Counted from the first letter of the stretch, positions 27,730-41,304 are shown. The stretch is 64,000 bases of DNA from Candidatus Eiseniibacteriota bacterium (GCA_043808325.1 JAZDEY010000044.1:89943-153942), one strand, 5' to 3'. Notes: generated from the sequence alone by a model not told the origin. Numbers and translations: made by a program.

Positions 27730-30700
27730 ATGAACCTGAGTAAGAAGAGGTTGCTTGCCCTGGCGATTGTCGCGACAACGCTGCTTTTAGTGCAGTGCGC
27801 TGAAGACGAAGGTACGCTGAACCCATACGTTGATACTGAACCGCCTCAGTACGTGATATCGAGCCTGACTGCCTCACCGCTTATGATTGAGCCCAATAAG
27901 CAAGCCACCATTGAGGCGAAGCTTGTGGATCGCGACGACGGTCCTGTCAACGGTCATGAATTGCTGTTCAGAACTGATATTGGAACCGTAACGTCTCGAG
28001 CAACAACCAACGAGCAAGGCATCGCGCAGGTCACCTATTCCGCGCCCTGCAGCACGGGATATGCCACCGTGGTGGCTTACGCGGAACGTGTTATCCCAAA
28101 GACCACGTTTGTCCAGATCGGCCAGGGGGCTCTGACCGTCAGCCCACAGAGTATTCTAGCTGACGGCATATCAACTGCAATCGTATTTGTGAGTCTTGTT
28201 GATCCTGACGGCAAGCCGATATCTGGCGCAAGCGTGACCTTCTCAACCGATAAGGGTTCGCTAGATAATGCCTCTGCCCAAACCGACGCAAATGGTTATG
28301 CGAGTGCCACACTTCTCAGCGAAGCCAGCCGTAATGATGTGACTGCAAACGTCCGAGCAGCCATATGCTATGGCGACAGATCCTACACAGAGACCGCTCC
28401 GCTCACAATGAGGGGCGTCTCGATATCCTTTACAGCGGATCCAGTGCAGATACCTGCTGACGGCAAGTCAATTTCGGTGATAACGGCATGGCTTAGAGAG
28501 ACGGCATCAGAAGCTCCGATTACCGATGTGAGGTTTGATTTTAGGACTTCCCTCGGTGTGATAGAAGCTTCAGGTACTACCGATGAGAACGGGTTCGCAC
28601 GGACAACTCTCCAGAGCTCCACTACTCCCGGTGTTGCCACGGTTAAGGGCATCTATGGCCTTGCTGTGGATTCGACGCAGGTCACCGTGGGCAACCTCAG
28701 CCTCTCAATCACTGCAGATCCGGTGCAGATACCTGCTGACGGCAAATCTACGTCGGCCATAACTGCGCGGCTCACAGAGGCCGCCTCGGGTCTTCCGATT
28801 GTTGACACGCAAGTTGATTTTAGGACTTCACTTGGCGTAGTCGATGCTTCAAGTGTTACCGATGAGAACGGTTTTGCCAGGGCGACCCTTGTGAGTTCAA
28901 CGGCTCCGGGTGTTGCCACGGTAAAGGCGCTCTTTGGCATAGTTGCTGATTCGGCGCAGGTCACTCTGGGTAGCCTTCGACTCTCAGTTTCGGCTGCTCA
29001 GGAAAGAATGGTTGCCGACGGGGTTTCCTCTCAGTATGTTGTAGCTACCCTTGTGACAGGGAGCAACAACCCCGTAAGTGGCGTTGTGATAGATTTCTCT
29101 ACCAACCACGGGGTGATCACCAGGAGTGTTACCACCGATTCTCGCGGAATGGCTGCCGCACTGCTTACTAGTACATCATACCCGGGAAGCGGAAAGGTGA
29201 TCGTCTCTTTCAAGGGAGTCTATAAGGATACCGTCGAGATCAGCTTCGAGGATCCGCTCTTAGACCTCAAGCCTCTGCCGATGTCGGTGAAGGTCATGGG
29301 CTCACTTAGCGTAGTGACACATGTCTCGTTCAGCGACGGGACGCCGGTTCCTGACAACACCAGCGTCAGGTTCGCGACCACGCAGGGGGCAATAGAAAGG
29401 ACTGGGATCACGAGTTCCGGCCTTACAGAAGCGACCCTCCAGGCAAACGGCATAGCCGACGATAATGTGATTGTAACGGCGATGTGCGGCAACACCACCG
29501 AGACCACCCAGGTGATGTTCACTCCGGGCGTGCCGGGTCGGATCGTCTGCCACGCATTGCCTGATACCGTAACGGTTGGAGGGACTGCCTTTTCAGCTGT
29601 AGTTGCACAAGTTACCGATATCTACGGCAATCCGGTTGAAGACGGAACGCCTGTAGCGTTCACGATGGTGGGAGGTTCCGGTTGGGTGAGCCCGAGTGCG
29701 CTCACTATAGGAGGACTGGCAACGGCGCGGTTCACACCGGGAGCCGGCGGAATCGCTAGAGTCAAAGCTAGTTCGGCGCCAGCTTCCGGCGAGACCGGAA
29801 TAGTTGTGCTCGCCCAGTCTGCGGGCTCGGTGGTCGCCAGTCCCGACACTGCTTGGATAGCGGTTGGCGACACCCAGGGTCGTACTCAGGCTGTGATCAC
29901 GGCGCGCGTCTACGATTCCCACATGAGCCCCGTCGTTGACACAACGCATGTTACCTTCGCGATTGCTTATGGTCCCGGAGGTGGCGAGTATCTCGACCAG
30001 CCGACGTTCGGCTATGGGCCTGTGGAGAAACAGACTTCAGGTGGTATGGCATCGGTCACGGTGAACGCCGGGACCAAGCCGGGTACTCTCTTGATGACGA
30101 TACAGGCCGGCGACCACATTGCCACTGTGGTCAAGGTTGGGATAGCGGCAGGGCTTCCCGATTCTATTTTCATTACAACGGGTAATGTGGTAACCGGCGG
30201 CGATGGAGTCTATATAGAGGCCGTGTCGGCATTCGTGCGCGACAAGTACAACAATCCTGTCGAAGATGGTACGGTGGTCTATTTCACCCTCGACAGGTCC
30301 GACATAGGCTTCATCAACCCCGAGAGTTTCACAGGTGGTGGGTTCCCTTGCCCCGAGTTTACCGGTACCCCCAATAAGGGCATTACGCATGCATGTCTCA
30401 AGTTCCCGACATCGTCTATGACCAAAGCGGTCACCATAATAGCGCGGTGCGGACAGCTGCTGGAAAGCCAGTTCCCGACCAGCATCCCCATCGTTCTGCC
30501 CGTGACGCTGTTGGTGGATGCTGTGCCGCCCTCGATAAGCGGCGCGGCAGGTGGCACGGTGGCGGTCGTCGTGAGGCTTTCGGATGGATATGCGCTCCCG
30601 ATCGAGGGGGCATGCATTGGGTTCGCGCTGACGGGGGCCGGCTCGATCTCCCCGGCATTCGGCGTCACTGACCAGTATGGTACGGCCGGGACCACAGTCA

Positions 30701-30798
30701 CCATTCCAGCCGGGACCCCCGCCGGGAAGACGACGGTCAAGGCCAAGATTTGCATGTCTGATGTCGAGAAAGAAGTGGAAATAACGATAAACGACTAG
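27730..30798 (+). CDS. large cell-surface protein with tandem bacterial Ig-like (Big_1/invasin-type) domains, putative lipoprotein
   Basis: Signal peptide ending in a Cys (LLLVQC). Many repeats of about 93 aa of the type ...ADGxSxxxVxAxLxDxxGxPxxGxxVxFxTxxGxxxxxxxxTDxNGxAxxTLxS. The start lies 23 nt after the pilQ stop. Confidence 0.7.
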   Translation: MNLSKKRLLALAIVATTLLLVQCAEDEGTLNPYVDTEPPQYVISSLTASPLMIEPNKQATIEAKLVDRDDGPVNGHELLFRTDIGTVTSRATTNEQGIAQVTYSAPCSTGYATVVAYAERVIPKTTFVQIGQGALTVSPQSILADGISTAIVFVSLVDPDGKPISGASVTFSTDKGSLDNASAQTDANGYASATLLSEASRNDVTANVRAAICYGDRSYTETAPLTMRGVSISFTADPVQIPADGKSISVITAWLRETASEAPITDVRFDFRTSLGVIEASGTTDENGFARTTLQSSTTPGVATVKGIYGLAVDSTQVTVGNLSLSITADPVQIPADGKSTSAITARLTEAASGLPIVDTQVDFRTSLGVVDASSVTDENGFARATLVSSTAPGVATVKALFGIVADSAQVTLGSLRLSVSAAQERMVADGVSSQYVVATLVTGSNNPVSGVVIDFSTNHGVITRSVTTDSRGMAAALLTSTSYPGSGKVIVSFKGVYKDTVEISFEDPLLDLKPLPMSVKVMGSLSVVTHVSFSDGTPVPDNTSVRFATTQGAIERTGITSSGLTEATLQANGIADDNVIVTAMCGNTTETTQVMFTPGVPGRIVCHALPDTVTVGGTAFSAVVAQVTDIYGNPVEDGTPVAFTMVGGSGWVSPSALTIGGLATARFTPGAGGIARVKASSAPASGETGIVVLAQSAGSVVASPDTAWIAVGDTQGRTQAVITARVYDSHMSPVVDTTHVTFAIAYGPGGGEYLDQPTFGYGPVEKQTSGGMASVTVNAGTKPGTLLMTIQAGDHIATVVKVGIAAGLPDSIFITTGNVVTGGDGVYIEAVSAFVRDKYNNPVEDGTVVYFTLDRSDIGFINPESFTGGGFPCPEFTGTPNKGITHACLKFPTSSMTKAVTIIARCGQLLESQFPTSIPIVLPVTLLVDAVPPSISGAAGGTVAVVVRLSDGYALPIEGACIGFALTGAGSISPAFGVTDQYGTAGTTVTIPAGTPAGKTTVKAKICMSDVEKEVEITIND
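28425..28982 (+). repeat. tandem duplication of two near-identical 279-nt Ig-domain units inside the Big-domain gene
   Basis: ISFTADPVQIPADGKSISVITAWLRETASEAPITDVRFDFRTSLGVIEASGTTDENGFARTTLQSSTTPGVATVKG is followed by a copy with about 80% amino-acid identity, LSITADPVQIPADGKSTSAITARLTEAASGLPIVDTQVDFRTSLGVVDASSVTDENGFARATLVSSTAPGVATVKA. Confidence 0.7.
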
Positions 30799-30820
30799 CC
30801 GACAGGGGGTAGGAAAAATC

Positions 30821-31579
30821 ATGAGATGCCTGATCATTGCGAGTATCGCTGCAACGCTCCTGGTTCCCTCGCTTGCCTTAGGAGGTAGCGCAGGCAACCC
30901 AGCCTCCAATGTGGGCAAGGAGAACTTTGGGTGCAGTTTCGAGATCGAGAACCAGGTGAAGAGCGTTGACCAGGATCTTACCACATCGAAGCGCTGGCTA
31001 GGCAAACTGACCTGGGGTGCTGCCGACCGGATCGATATCTATGCCAAGTTGGGCGCAAGCGATCTCCGGGTAGATGTGGCGAGTACGCAGGACTACGAAG
31101 GCAAGCGGGGTATGACCTGGGGTGGTGGCGCAAGGTGCATGGTGGCGGAGATCGAGCGGCCCAAGATCGCCACTTACATGGACCTTCAGATGCTCTCGTT
31201 CCACACGAAAGGGACGGTCTGGAAGTCTTTCGAGAGCGATGGTTACGTCGAGAGGTACGACAACCGCTACAAGTGGAACGAGGTTCAGTTCAGTTTTGTC
31301 GCCGTCTGGCAGCGCGAGATCTTCACTCCATATGTGGGTTTTGGCATAACGAATGTGTTTGGCAATGTCGAGAAGACTGTCTACAGGATTAGCGGCAACG
31401 TGGGAGAGTTCTACGCTCACCAGACCAACGACTTCCGTGAGGATGCGATTCCGGAATTGATCCTGGGCGTCGACTTTGGCGTCGGCGGCACCGGGCATTT
31501 GAGCGGCGAGATCAGGTACAGCGAGGAAGAAGATATCTCTTTCTTCGTAGGTGCAAGCGAGCTCTGGCGCCTGAAGTAG
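30821..31579 (+). CDS. outer-membrane beta-barrel protein (OmpA/OmpW-like small barrel), signal peptide
   Basis: Signal peptide MRCLIIASIAATLLVPSLALG, then alternating amphipathic beta strands with aromatic girdle residues, about 230 aa mature. Confidence 0.5.
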   Translation: MRCLIIASIAATLLVPSLALGGSAGNPASNVGKENFGCSFEIENQVKSVDQDLTTSKRWLGKLTWGAADRIDIYAKLGASDLRVDVASTQDYEGKRGMTWGGGARCMVAEIERPKIATYMDLQMLSFHTKGTVWKSFESDGYVERYDNRYKWNEVQFSFVAVWQREIFTPYVGFGITNVFGNVEKTVYRISGNVGEFYAHQTNDFREDAIPELILGVDFGVGGTGHLSGEIRYSEEEDISFFVGASELWRLK

Positions 31580-31595
31580 CAGGCGTTGACATAGT

Positions 31596-31635
31596 CCGTG
31601 TCTTATTGTTAAGATAAGGCACGGATTTGTTTTTG
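31596..31635 (+). terminator. rho-independent terminator after the pilQ-associated genes
   Basis: CCGTGTCTTAT-tgttaag-ATAAGGCACGG hairpin followed by ATTTGTTTTT. Confidence 0.6.
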
Positions 31636-31644
31636 GGGTGTGCT

Positions 31645-32205
31645 ATGAGAATCATAGGCGGAAAACTCAGAGGACGGGAGGTTGAAGCACCTCGTGGGCT
31701 GCTCTCGAGACCGCCTCTTTCCATAATAAGGGAGGCGGTCTTCGATATAATCGGTGAGGCGATCGAGGGCAAGACCGTCCTGGATCTCTTTGCGGGCAGC
31801 GGCTCGCTCGGGATTGAGGCCCTCTCGAGGGGAGCAGGCCAGGCCCATTTCGTCGATTCCGCCCGAAGATGCATCGAAATGCTGGAACATAATACCCGCA
31901 ATCTCGACCTTGGGGACCACTCAAGGATTACCCGCCAAGACGCCGTGGAATTCGTAAGGACATGGAAGGGAGGAGCCTTCGATATCGTCTTCATCGATCC
32001 TCCGTTTCTATCCGGAAAGGTCGGGGAGGTCTTAAGTGGCCTCGCCGGCACGGCCCTGGTGTCCGATAGAACCTTGATCGTCGCCAGGGTACACTGGCGC
32101 GAGCAAGTGTCGCCCCCGCAGGATCTTCACATCATCAGGAAGAGGAAATTCGGAGACAGCCTGGTGCTCTTCATAAGGAGACCGAGGCAGGGGATCTGTC
32201 AGTGA
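31645..32205 (+). CDS. rsmD: 16S rRNA (guanine966-N2)-methyltransferase RsmD
   Basis: N-terminus MRIIGGKLRGR and SAM-binding motif VLDLFAGSGSLGIEALSRGA, followed by the DPPF motif (FDIVFIDPPF). Classic RsmD, upstream of coaD. Confidence 0.8.
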   Translation: MRIIGGKLRGREVEAPRGLLSRPPLSIIREAVFDIIGEAIEGKTVLDLFAGSGSLGIEALSRGAGQAHFVDSARRCIEMLEHNTRNLDLGDHSRITRQDAVEFVRTWKGGAFDIVFIDPPFLSGKVGEVLSGLAGTALVSDRTLIVARVHWREQVSPPQDLHIIRKRKFGDSLVLFIRRPRQGICQ

Positions 32206-32684
32206 GAATCGGGCTCTACGCTGGAACTTTCGACCCCGTCACCAACGGACACATCGATATTCTGTCGCGTAGCCTGGCGATCTTCGACAAGGTGATAGTC
32301 GCTGTGGCGGCGAGCACACCTAAGACCACGATGTTCAGCCTGGATGAACGCTTGGAGATGTTCCGGGCCGCAATCCCGGCGCTCGAGCGTGCCGAGGTCG
32401 AACCTTTTGACGGTCTCCTGGTGGCGTTTGCCAGGGAGAGGGGTGCGGTGGCGATGATACGGGGCCTACGCGTGGTTTCGGATTTTGAGTACGAGTTCCA
32501 GATGGCCCTGATGAACCGGCATCTGGATCGAGGTCTTGAAACCGTGTTCCTTATGCCCAGTGCGGAATATACCTACCTCAACTCCACCCTGATCAAAGCG
32601 GTCGCCTCCACCGGGGGCGACATCTCCCAATTCGTTCCCGAGATAGTTGCCAGGAAACTCAGCGAGAGATTCAAGCAGGCGTAG
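32202..32684 (+). CDS. coaD: phosphopantetheine adenylyltransferase
   Basis: N-terminus YAGTFDPVTNGHIDI and 160 aa, a canonical CoaD. Confidence 0.9.
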   Translation: MRIGLYAGTFDPVTNGHIDILSRSLAIFDKVIVAVAASTPKTTMFSLDERLEMFRAAIPALERAEVEPFDGLLVAFARERGAVAMIRGLRVVSDFEYEFQMALMNRHLDRGLETVFLMPSAEYTYLNSTLIKAVASTGGDISQFVPEIVARKLSERFKQA

Positions 32685-32698
32685 GAGAAGCCGGTTCG

Positions 32699-33691
32699 AT
32701 GGAAATACTGGCATCGATATGGGAACGAGCACGGGCCAGGGCATCACGAATTGTGCTTCCCGAGATCGACGCCCCATGTATCCTCAAGGCAGCAGCGACA
32801 GCCCTGAGGGAGGGACTGGCCGAGCCGGTGCTGGTCGGAGGGGCTGCCCTGATCCAGGATTGTGCGGGGCGGCATCGGGTGGACACAAAGGGTCTCACGA
32901 TCGCTGATCCTTCTGGTAGTGACAGGCTTGGGCACTATGCTCATCTGCTGTATGAACGACGCAAGCACAAAGGCCTGACCCTGGCGGAAGCCCGGGACCT
33001 GGCCAGGAGCCCGCTCTACTTCGGTGCGTTGATGGTCGCCGCCGGCGACGCGGACGGCATCGTTGCCGGCGCGTGTACCTCTACCGCCGACGTGGTACGT
33101 GCTCTGCTCTGGTCGATAGGCAAATCCGAAAACGTCGCAGTCGTGTCCAGCGCCTTGCTGGTGATCTTGCCCCCAAGTGACGGCGGGGAGAGGGCATTCA
33201 TATTTGCCGATGTCGGCGTGGTCCCTGATCCCACACCTGACCAGCTTGCAGCGATTGCGGTCGCCTCGGCGCGAACCCGCCGGCTCCTTGTGGGGGACGT
33301 GCCGTATGTCGCGATGCTATCTTTCTCCACCAAGGGTAGTGCCGAACACCCGGCGGTTGAAAAGGTAAGGCGGGCAACCGAGATCGCGAAGCAAATCGCA
33401 CCGGACCTGGCGATCGATGGTGAACTACAGGCCGATGCTGCGATAGTCCCCTCGATAGCGGGACATAAGGCACCGGGCAGTCCGGTGGCGGGGCGCGCCA
33501 ATGTACTCGTCTTTCCCAATCTCGATGCGGGGAACATAGGCTATAAGCTGGTGGAGAGACTTGCTGGGGCGGGAGCGATAGGGCCGCTGCTTCAGGGTCT
33601 CAAGCGACCTGCGAGCGATCTCTCGCGCGGCTGCTCGACCGATGACGTCGTCAATGTGATAGCGGCCATCGGCGCCCAGAGAGAGCTCTGA
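32699..33691 (+). CDS. pta: phosphate acetyl/butyryltransferase
   Basis: Family PF01515 with a C-terminal ...GNIGYKLVERLAGAGAIGPLLQG motif, about 330 aa. Confidence 0.7.
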   Translation: MEILASIWERARARASRIVLPEIDAPCILKAAATALREGLAEPVLVGGAALIQDCAGRHRVDTKGLTIADPSGSDRLGHYAHLLYERRKHKGLTLAEARDLARSPLYFGALMVAAGDADGIVAGACTSTADVVRALLWSIGKSENVAVVSSALLVILPPSDGGERAFIFADVGVVPDPTPDQLAAIAVASARTRRLLVGDVPYVAMLSFSTKGSAEHPAVEKVRRATEIAKQIAPDLAIDGELQADAAIVPSIAGHKAPGSPVAGRANVLVFPNLDAGNIGYKLVERLAGAGAIGPLLQGLKRPASDLSRGCSTDDVVNVIAAIGAQREL

Positions 33692-33714
33692 GCTCCGTAC
33701 CCCGGGGAAACAGC

Positions 33715-37208
<3,494 letters not shown>

Positions 37209-37209
<1 letters not shown>

Positions 37210-38327
37210 TGGCAGTAGTCGTCCTCAAGAGATGCGGCTCCTACGATCCCGAGGAGGTAGCGAGGGCCGTGGGTGAGGTGCTCGCGGATGTGATCGGCGG
37301 AGACACAGCCGATCTCGGCGGCAAGAGGGTCCTGCTCAAACCCAATCTGGCGGCTGCGAGAGCGCCGGAGCGATGCGTCACCACTCATCCCGCGATCGTG
37401 GGGGCGGCGATTGACTATTTTGTAGGCCGCGGCTGTAACGTCTTTGTGGGCGATAGCCCTGCTGGTGCAGTGCGGGGTGTGGACAGGGTCCTCAATAAGA
37501 CAGGTATGCTGAAGCTGTGCGAAGCCAAGGGGGCCCAGCCCGTCAATTTCGAAGCCGGCGGCTGGCTCGAAAGATCGGTCGAGGGTAGGACCTATCGTCT
37601 GGCAAGAGCGGCTTTCGATTTCGACCGCGTCGTCAACATGCCCAAGCTCAAGACCCACATCCTGACGCTTATCACCGGGGCCGTCAAGAACATGTTCGGC
37701 TGTGTGCCAGGTTTTGCCAAGTCGGCATTTCACCTCCATAATCCTAAACCGGCGGCGATGAGCAAAGTTCTGGTCGACGTTTTCTCAATCGCCAATCCGT
37801 GGGTGAGTCTTGTGGACGCAGTCGAAGCCATGGAGGGGAATGGGCCCTCTTCAGGCGGGATAAGACACTTGGGGGTGGTCGCTGCGAGTAGGGACGCGGT
37901 TGCCCTGGACGCGGTGCTTTCACAGTTGGTGGGCATCGATCCTATGAAGGTTCCGACTACCCGAGAGGCCGCCCGACGAGGCCTTGGCGAGAGCGACCTT
38001 GGGAAAATCGACGTCCGGGGTGTCGGCCTTGCCGATTTGCAGGATCGGCCCTTCCGGGTTCCATCCAATTGGGCGTTTTCTCTAGTGCCCGACGTGCTGG
38101 CTCGCGCCGCGGCCAGGTGGTTTTGGGTGAAGCCCCATATCGACCCGTCCAGGTGCACCGGATGCGGGGATTGTGCCGGAATGTGCGCGGCTTCCGCCAT
38201 GAAACTTGCCAGTGGAGTGGCGGTGCTCGACCGGGATCGATGTGTATCATGTTTGTGTTGCATTGAGGCCTGTCCCTGTGGGGCGATTGAACCCCGCCTC
38301 AGAGGTCTGGCCAGGCTTATGAGATGA
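37209..38327 (+). CDS. DUF362-domain protein with C-terminal 2x[4Fe-4S] ferredoxin motifs
   Basis: N-terminus KRVLLKPNL..., typical of DUF362. C-terminal CTGCGDCAGMC and CVSCLCCIEACPC clusters. Confidence 0.6.
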
Positions 38328-39232
38328 GAAAGCCGACCCTAATACACCGCGCTGAGTATCTCGGCGTAAAGATATTTGTAAGAACCGTTCGGGTCTTTCC
38401 GGCCGGATTTGCACTCCGACTTGCCGGTCTCGCCGGGACCCTGGTCTTCGACGTGGTCCGTTATAGGAGAAGCGTAGCGCTCTCCAATTTGAAGCGGCAT
38501 CTTGAGACTTGTGTACCGGAGGCCGGACGTGGGCGACGGGGGATCGGTTACAGCCGAATAGGGCGGGAGTCGTGCAGAAACCTCATCATGGGCCTTGCCG
38601 AGTTCGCCAGAATGCCTCTGGTGGATTCGCAGTACATCAAGAGACATATCCAGATTGACGGCCTCGAGAATCTTGACCGGGCTCTCGCATCCGGCAAAGG
38701 CGCGATCCTTGTTACCGGCCATTTCGGAAGTTGGGAACTGACCGGTTGTGTGCTGGCTCGGCTGGGGTATCCTATGAGTTATCTGGTCGGCATCCAGAGG
38801 AATCCTCTGGTGCAGCAGCTGATGGACGATATCAGAAGCTCGTGCGGCATAGCGATAATCGAACCCCACCGGCTGCTCGCGGTGCCGAAATCACTTAAGT
38901 CGAATCACTTTGTGGCCATGCTCTCGGATCAGGATGCGGGACGTAAGGGTGTCTTCGTCGAATTCCTGGGCGAACCGGCCTCCACACCGCGAGGCGCAGC
39001 TCACCTGTCGATTCTGGCGGGCTGCCCGATCATACCCGGCTTTATCGTAAGGACCACGGGACTCGGGCACCGCATAGTGATTGAGAAACCAATATATCCA
39101 CCCGAGGCCCCAGGGGAAGCGGCCCTTCGGGAGCTTACCCAGGCCTACAGCCGTGTGATCGAGTCATATGTGAGACAGCATCCGGGTCAGTGGCTCTGGA
39201 CTCATCGGCGATGGAAGACGCGTCCGGCCTAG
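38324..39232 (+). CDS. lysophospholipid / lipid A late acyltransferase (LpxL/HtrB family)
   Basis: The HX4D-type motif region VTGHFGSWELTG and about 300 aa of the LPLAT/LpxL-like family. Confidence 0.65.
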   Translation: MRKPTLIHRAEYLGVKIFVRTVRVFPAGFALRLAGLAGTLVFDVVRYRRSVALSNLKRHLETCVPEAGRGRRGIGYSRIGRESCRNLIMGLAEFARMPLVDSQYIKRHIQIDGLENLDRALASGKGAILVTGHFGSWELTGCVLARLGYPMSYLVGIQRNPLVQQLMDDIRSSCGIAIIEPHRLLAVPKSLKSNHFVAMLSDQDAGRKGVFVEFLGEPASTPRGAAHLSILAGCPIIPGFIVRTTGLGHRIVIEKPIYPPEAPGEAALRELTQAYSRVIESYVRQHPGQWLWTHRRWKTRPA

Positions 39233-39516
39233 AACCCGATGTCTTTCTGTTTGTCATCCCCGCGCGGCGTCTTTATCTCTCCGAATTTCCCTTCGTACCC
39301 GGAGACGTTCTTTTCGACCACGCTGAGGAGGTTCTTGAAATTCTGGGGCGTCATCACGATACGAGAGTAAACCCTGATCTTAGGCAGCCCCGGCAACGCC
39401 CGCCCGAAATCGATTATGAACTCCGAGGGGCTGTAGCTGACCATCACCCAATTGGAATAAATGCCTTCGGCTTCCGGCTCTCTCAGCTCCACTTTGATGG
39501 GTGGCATCTTCTCCAT
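39229..39516 (-). CDS. DUF3467-family small protein
   Basis: A 95-aa protein, ...IYSNWVMVSYSPSEFIIDFGRALPG...RIVMTPQNFKNLLSVVEKNV..., matching the conserved DUF3467 pattern. Confidence 0.5.
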   Translation of the reverse strand: MEKMPPIKVELREPEAEGIYSNWVMVSYSPSEFIIDFGRALPGLPKIRVYSRIVMTPQNFKNLLSVVEKNVSGYEGKFGEIKTPRGDDKQKDIGF

Positions 39517-39537
39517 TGCTGGCTCCTTTCGTGGTTG

Positions 39538-41304
39538 CTATTTCTTTACGGCCATTGCGCCCGTTACCTGCTCGCCGGATGATCGCACAGCGTAAAAATA
39601 CATGCCCGGCTCGACCAGTCCTCCGCCTTCATCCCTGCCGTCCCAGAGTGCCGTGCCTGTGCTGTCGCGGTCGGTCTCGCCCCGGGCGGACTGGCTAAGA
39701 CGTCTTATGGCATTGCCGTCGAGGTCGAAGATGGTTACCTCAAAGCCGAGGGGTTTGGCGGGGCCGATCTCAGGCACGAAAACTATCCTGATCGGAGGGC
39801 CTGCCCGCAGGCTGTCAAGGCTATATGGGTTCGGGTAAGCATAAGCCCGACCTCGCCTGGGGACACCAAGCGTGATATCTGCCGTGATAAGTCCGAAGTT
39901 CTGCTCCTGGATGTTCTCTATGGCCACGCCCGAGAATCTGCCTCCACTCAGGGTGCTGGGGGGCACGCTGTAGGGATTCAGTTCGCGCTTGGCCAGGGTG
40001 CCCGGCCAGAAGTCCGACGGTTCGCCGGGAAGAGTGGTCGGCTTGTCGGGATCGAAGGTCTCGCCGTCCGCCTGGATTACCTCGGCCAACCTTCTCCCCA
40101 CTGTATTGTTGTCGCGCCTCGACTCATCGATCCTCCAAATCAAGAGGCCCGAGCCGGGCGAGTAGGCTTCGAAGTAGCCATAACCAGGCTCGCGGTTCTC
40201 GATAATGAAGTACTCACCGCTGCCGCGGCCATCGGGCGTCCAATCCATGCCGCCCGGGTTATTGAGCACCGAGTATGCCGATGGCTCCACCCCCAGCGGC
40301 CTCACTTCCGCATTATCCACAGAGGGCACCCCGCCGGCGCACCCGAGGCAGACTCTCTCGGGATCCAGCCAGCCGAGCTTGTACTTCATGAGGGTCGAAA
40401 GGTGGCACGGGACGCTACCCTCTCTGCCCTGGGGCCCTAGCCAGGCGCCACCGTCCATGAGACACAGGGGTCCTACCACAGACTTGCCGGTGAGACTGTT
40501 ATAGAGGTCCGGCAAGCCCATCAGATGGCAGAATTCATGGGCGTAAACGCCAATTTCGCCGAGCTCCGGCACGACGACAAAGGGGCCCACCCGCACTCCA
40601 TCAATCGAGGTGCCCCGTGTGGGAGCATAATAGTCGAGACTTGACTCCAGCGACCATATGTAGTCTTCGCTTCCGGGGCCTCCTCCCCTCGTCTCCGCAC
40701 CAATTCCCGAATGCACTATGAAAAGGGCATCGATTGTACCGTCGCCGTTCCCATCGTAATCCTGGAGGTTGACCTGCTCGGCAGCCGCCTGCACGGCATG
40801 TTTTGTGAGCCCCCAGATATTGAGTGGGAATTCACACAGGGACGGCTGGACGGCGTCACCGGAGATATCAAGCCCGTAATCGTCACGCGTGCCCGGCACG
40901 CCGTCCCGGTTGACGATGTCGCCGTGCCGGCAGTCGCTGCGGAGCCAGCCCACCACATCACCGTTAAGGGTGAATCTGTCGTAGGAAGTCTCTCTGAAAT
41001 AGGACCTGAGGCTAGATTGCTCCGTCCCGAAGAGCTTACGTCTGAAGAACTCGGGTGTATGGGTCTCTCGCTGGGCAGGTCTATCGGCAAAATCGATCAG
41101 GATCACAAGGGCCCTGGTCGTGCCGGCAGGACGCGTGCTCGCGGGGCTCTCCGCAAGATCCACGATGTCGGGCCGGATGCTGAAATACGCGGCAGCAACG
41201 GCTCCTAAGGCGGCCTGTGCTTGGGGGCGCGCGGTGATGGCCGTGGCGGACCGGCTGAAACCGAGCAGAATGGAAAGGCCGAGGATCGGGGCGATGGATC
41301 TCAT
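39538..41304 (-). CDS. secreted M6-family (immune inhibitor A-like) zinc metalloprotease with T9SS/FlgD-Ig-type C-terminal domain
   Basis: Signal peptide, zinc motif HEFCHLMGLPDLY (HExxHxxGxxD), and a C-terminal ~80-aa beta domain ending ...GMYFYAVRSSGEQVTGAMAVKK. Confidence 0.7.
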   Translation of the reverse strand: MRSIAPILGLSILLGFSRSATAITARPQAQAALGAVAAAYFSIRPDIVDLAESPASTRPAGTTRALVILIDFADRPAQRETHTPEFFRRKLFGTEQSSLRSYFRETSYDRFTLNGDVVGWLRSDCRHGDIVNRDGVPGTRDDYGLDISGDAVQPSLCEFPLNIWGLTKHAVQAAAEQVNLQDYDGNGDGTIDALFIVHSGIGAETRGGGPGSEDYIWSLESSLDYYAPTRGTSIDGVRVGPFVVVPELGEIGVYAHEFCHLMGLPDLYNSLTGKSVVGPLCLMDGGAWLGPQGREGSVPCHLSTLMKYKLGWLDPERVCLGCAGGVPSVDNAEVRPLGVEPSAYSVLNNPGGMDWTPDGRGSGEYFIIENREPGYGYFEAYSPGSGLLIWRIDESRRDNNTVGRRLAEVIQADGETFDPDKPTTLPGEPSDFWPGTLAKRELNPYSVPPSTLSGGRFSGVAIENIQEQNFGLITADITLGVPRRGRAYAYPNPYSLDSLRAGPPIRIVFVPEIGPAKPLGFEVTIFDLDGNAIRRLSQSARGETDRDSTGTALWDGRDEGGGLVEPGMYFYAVRSSGEQVTGAMAVKK

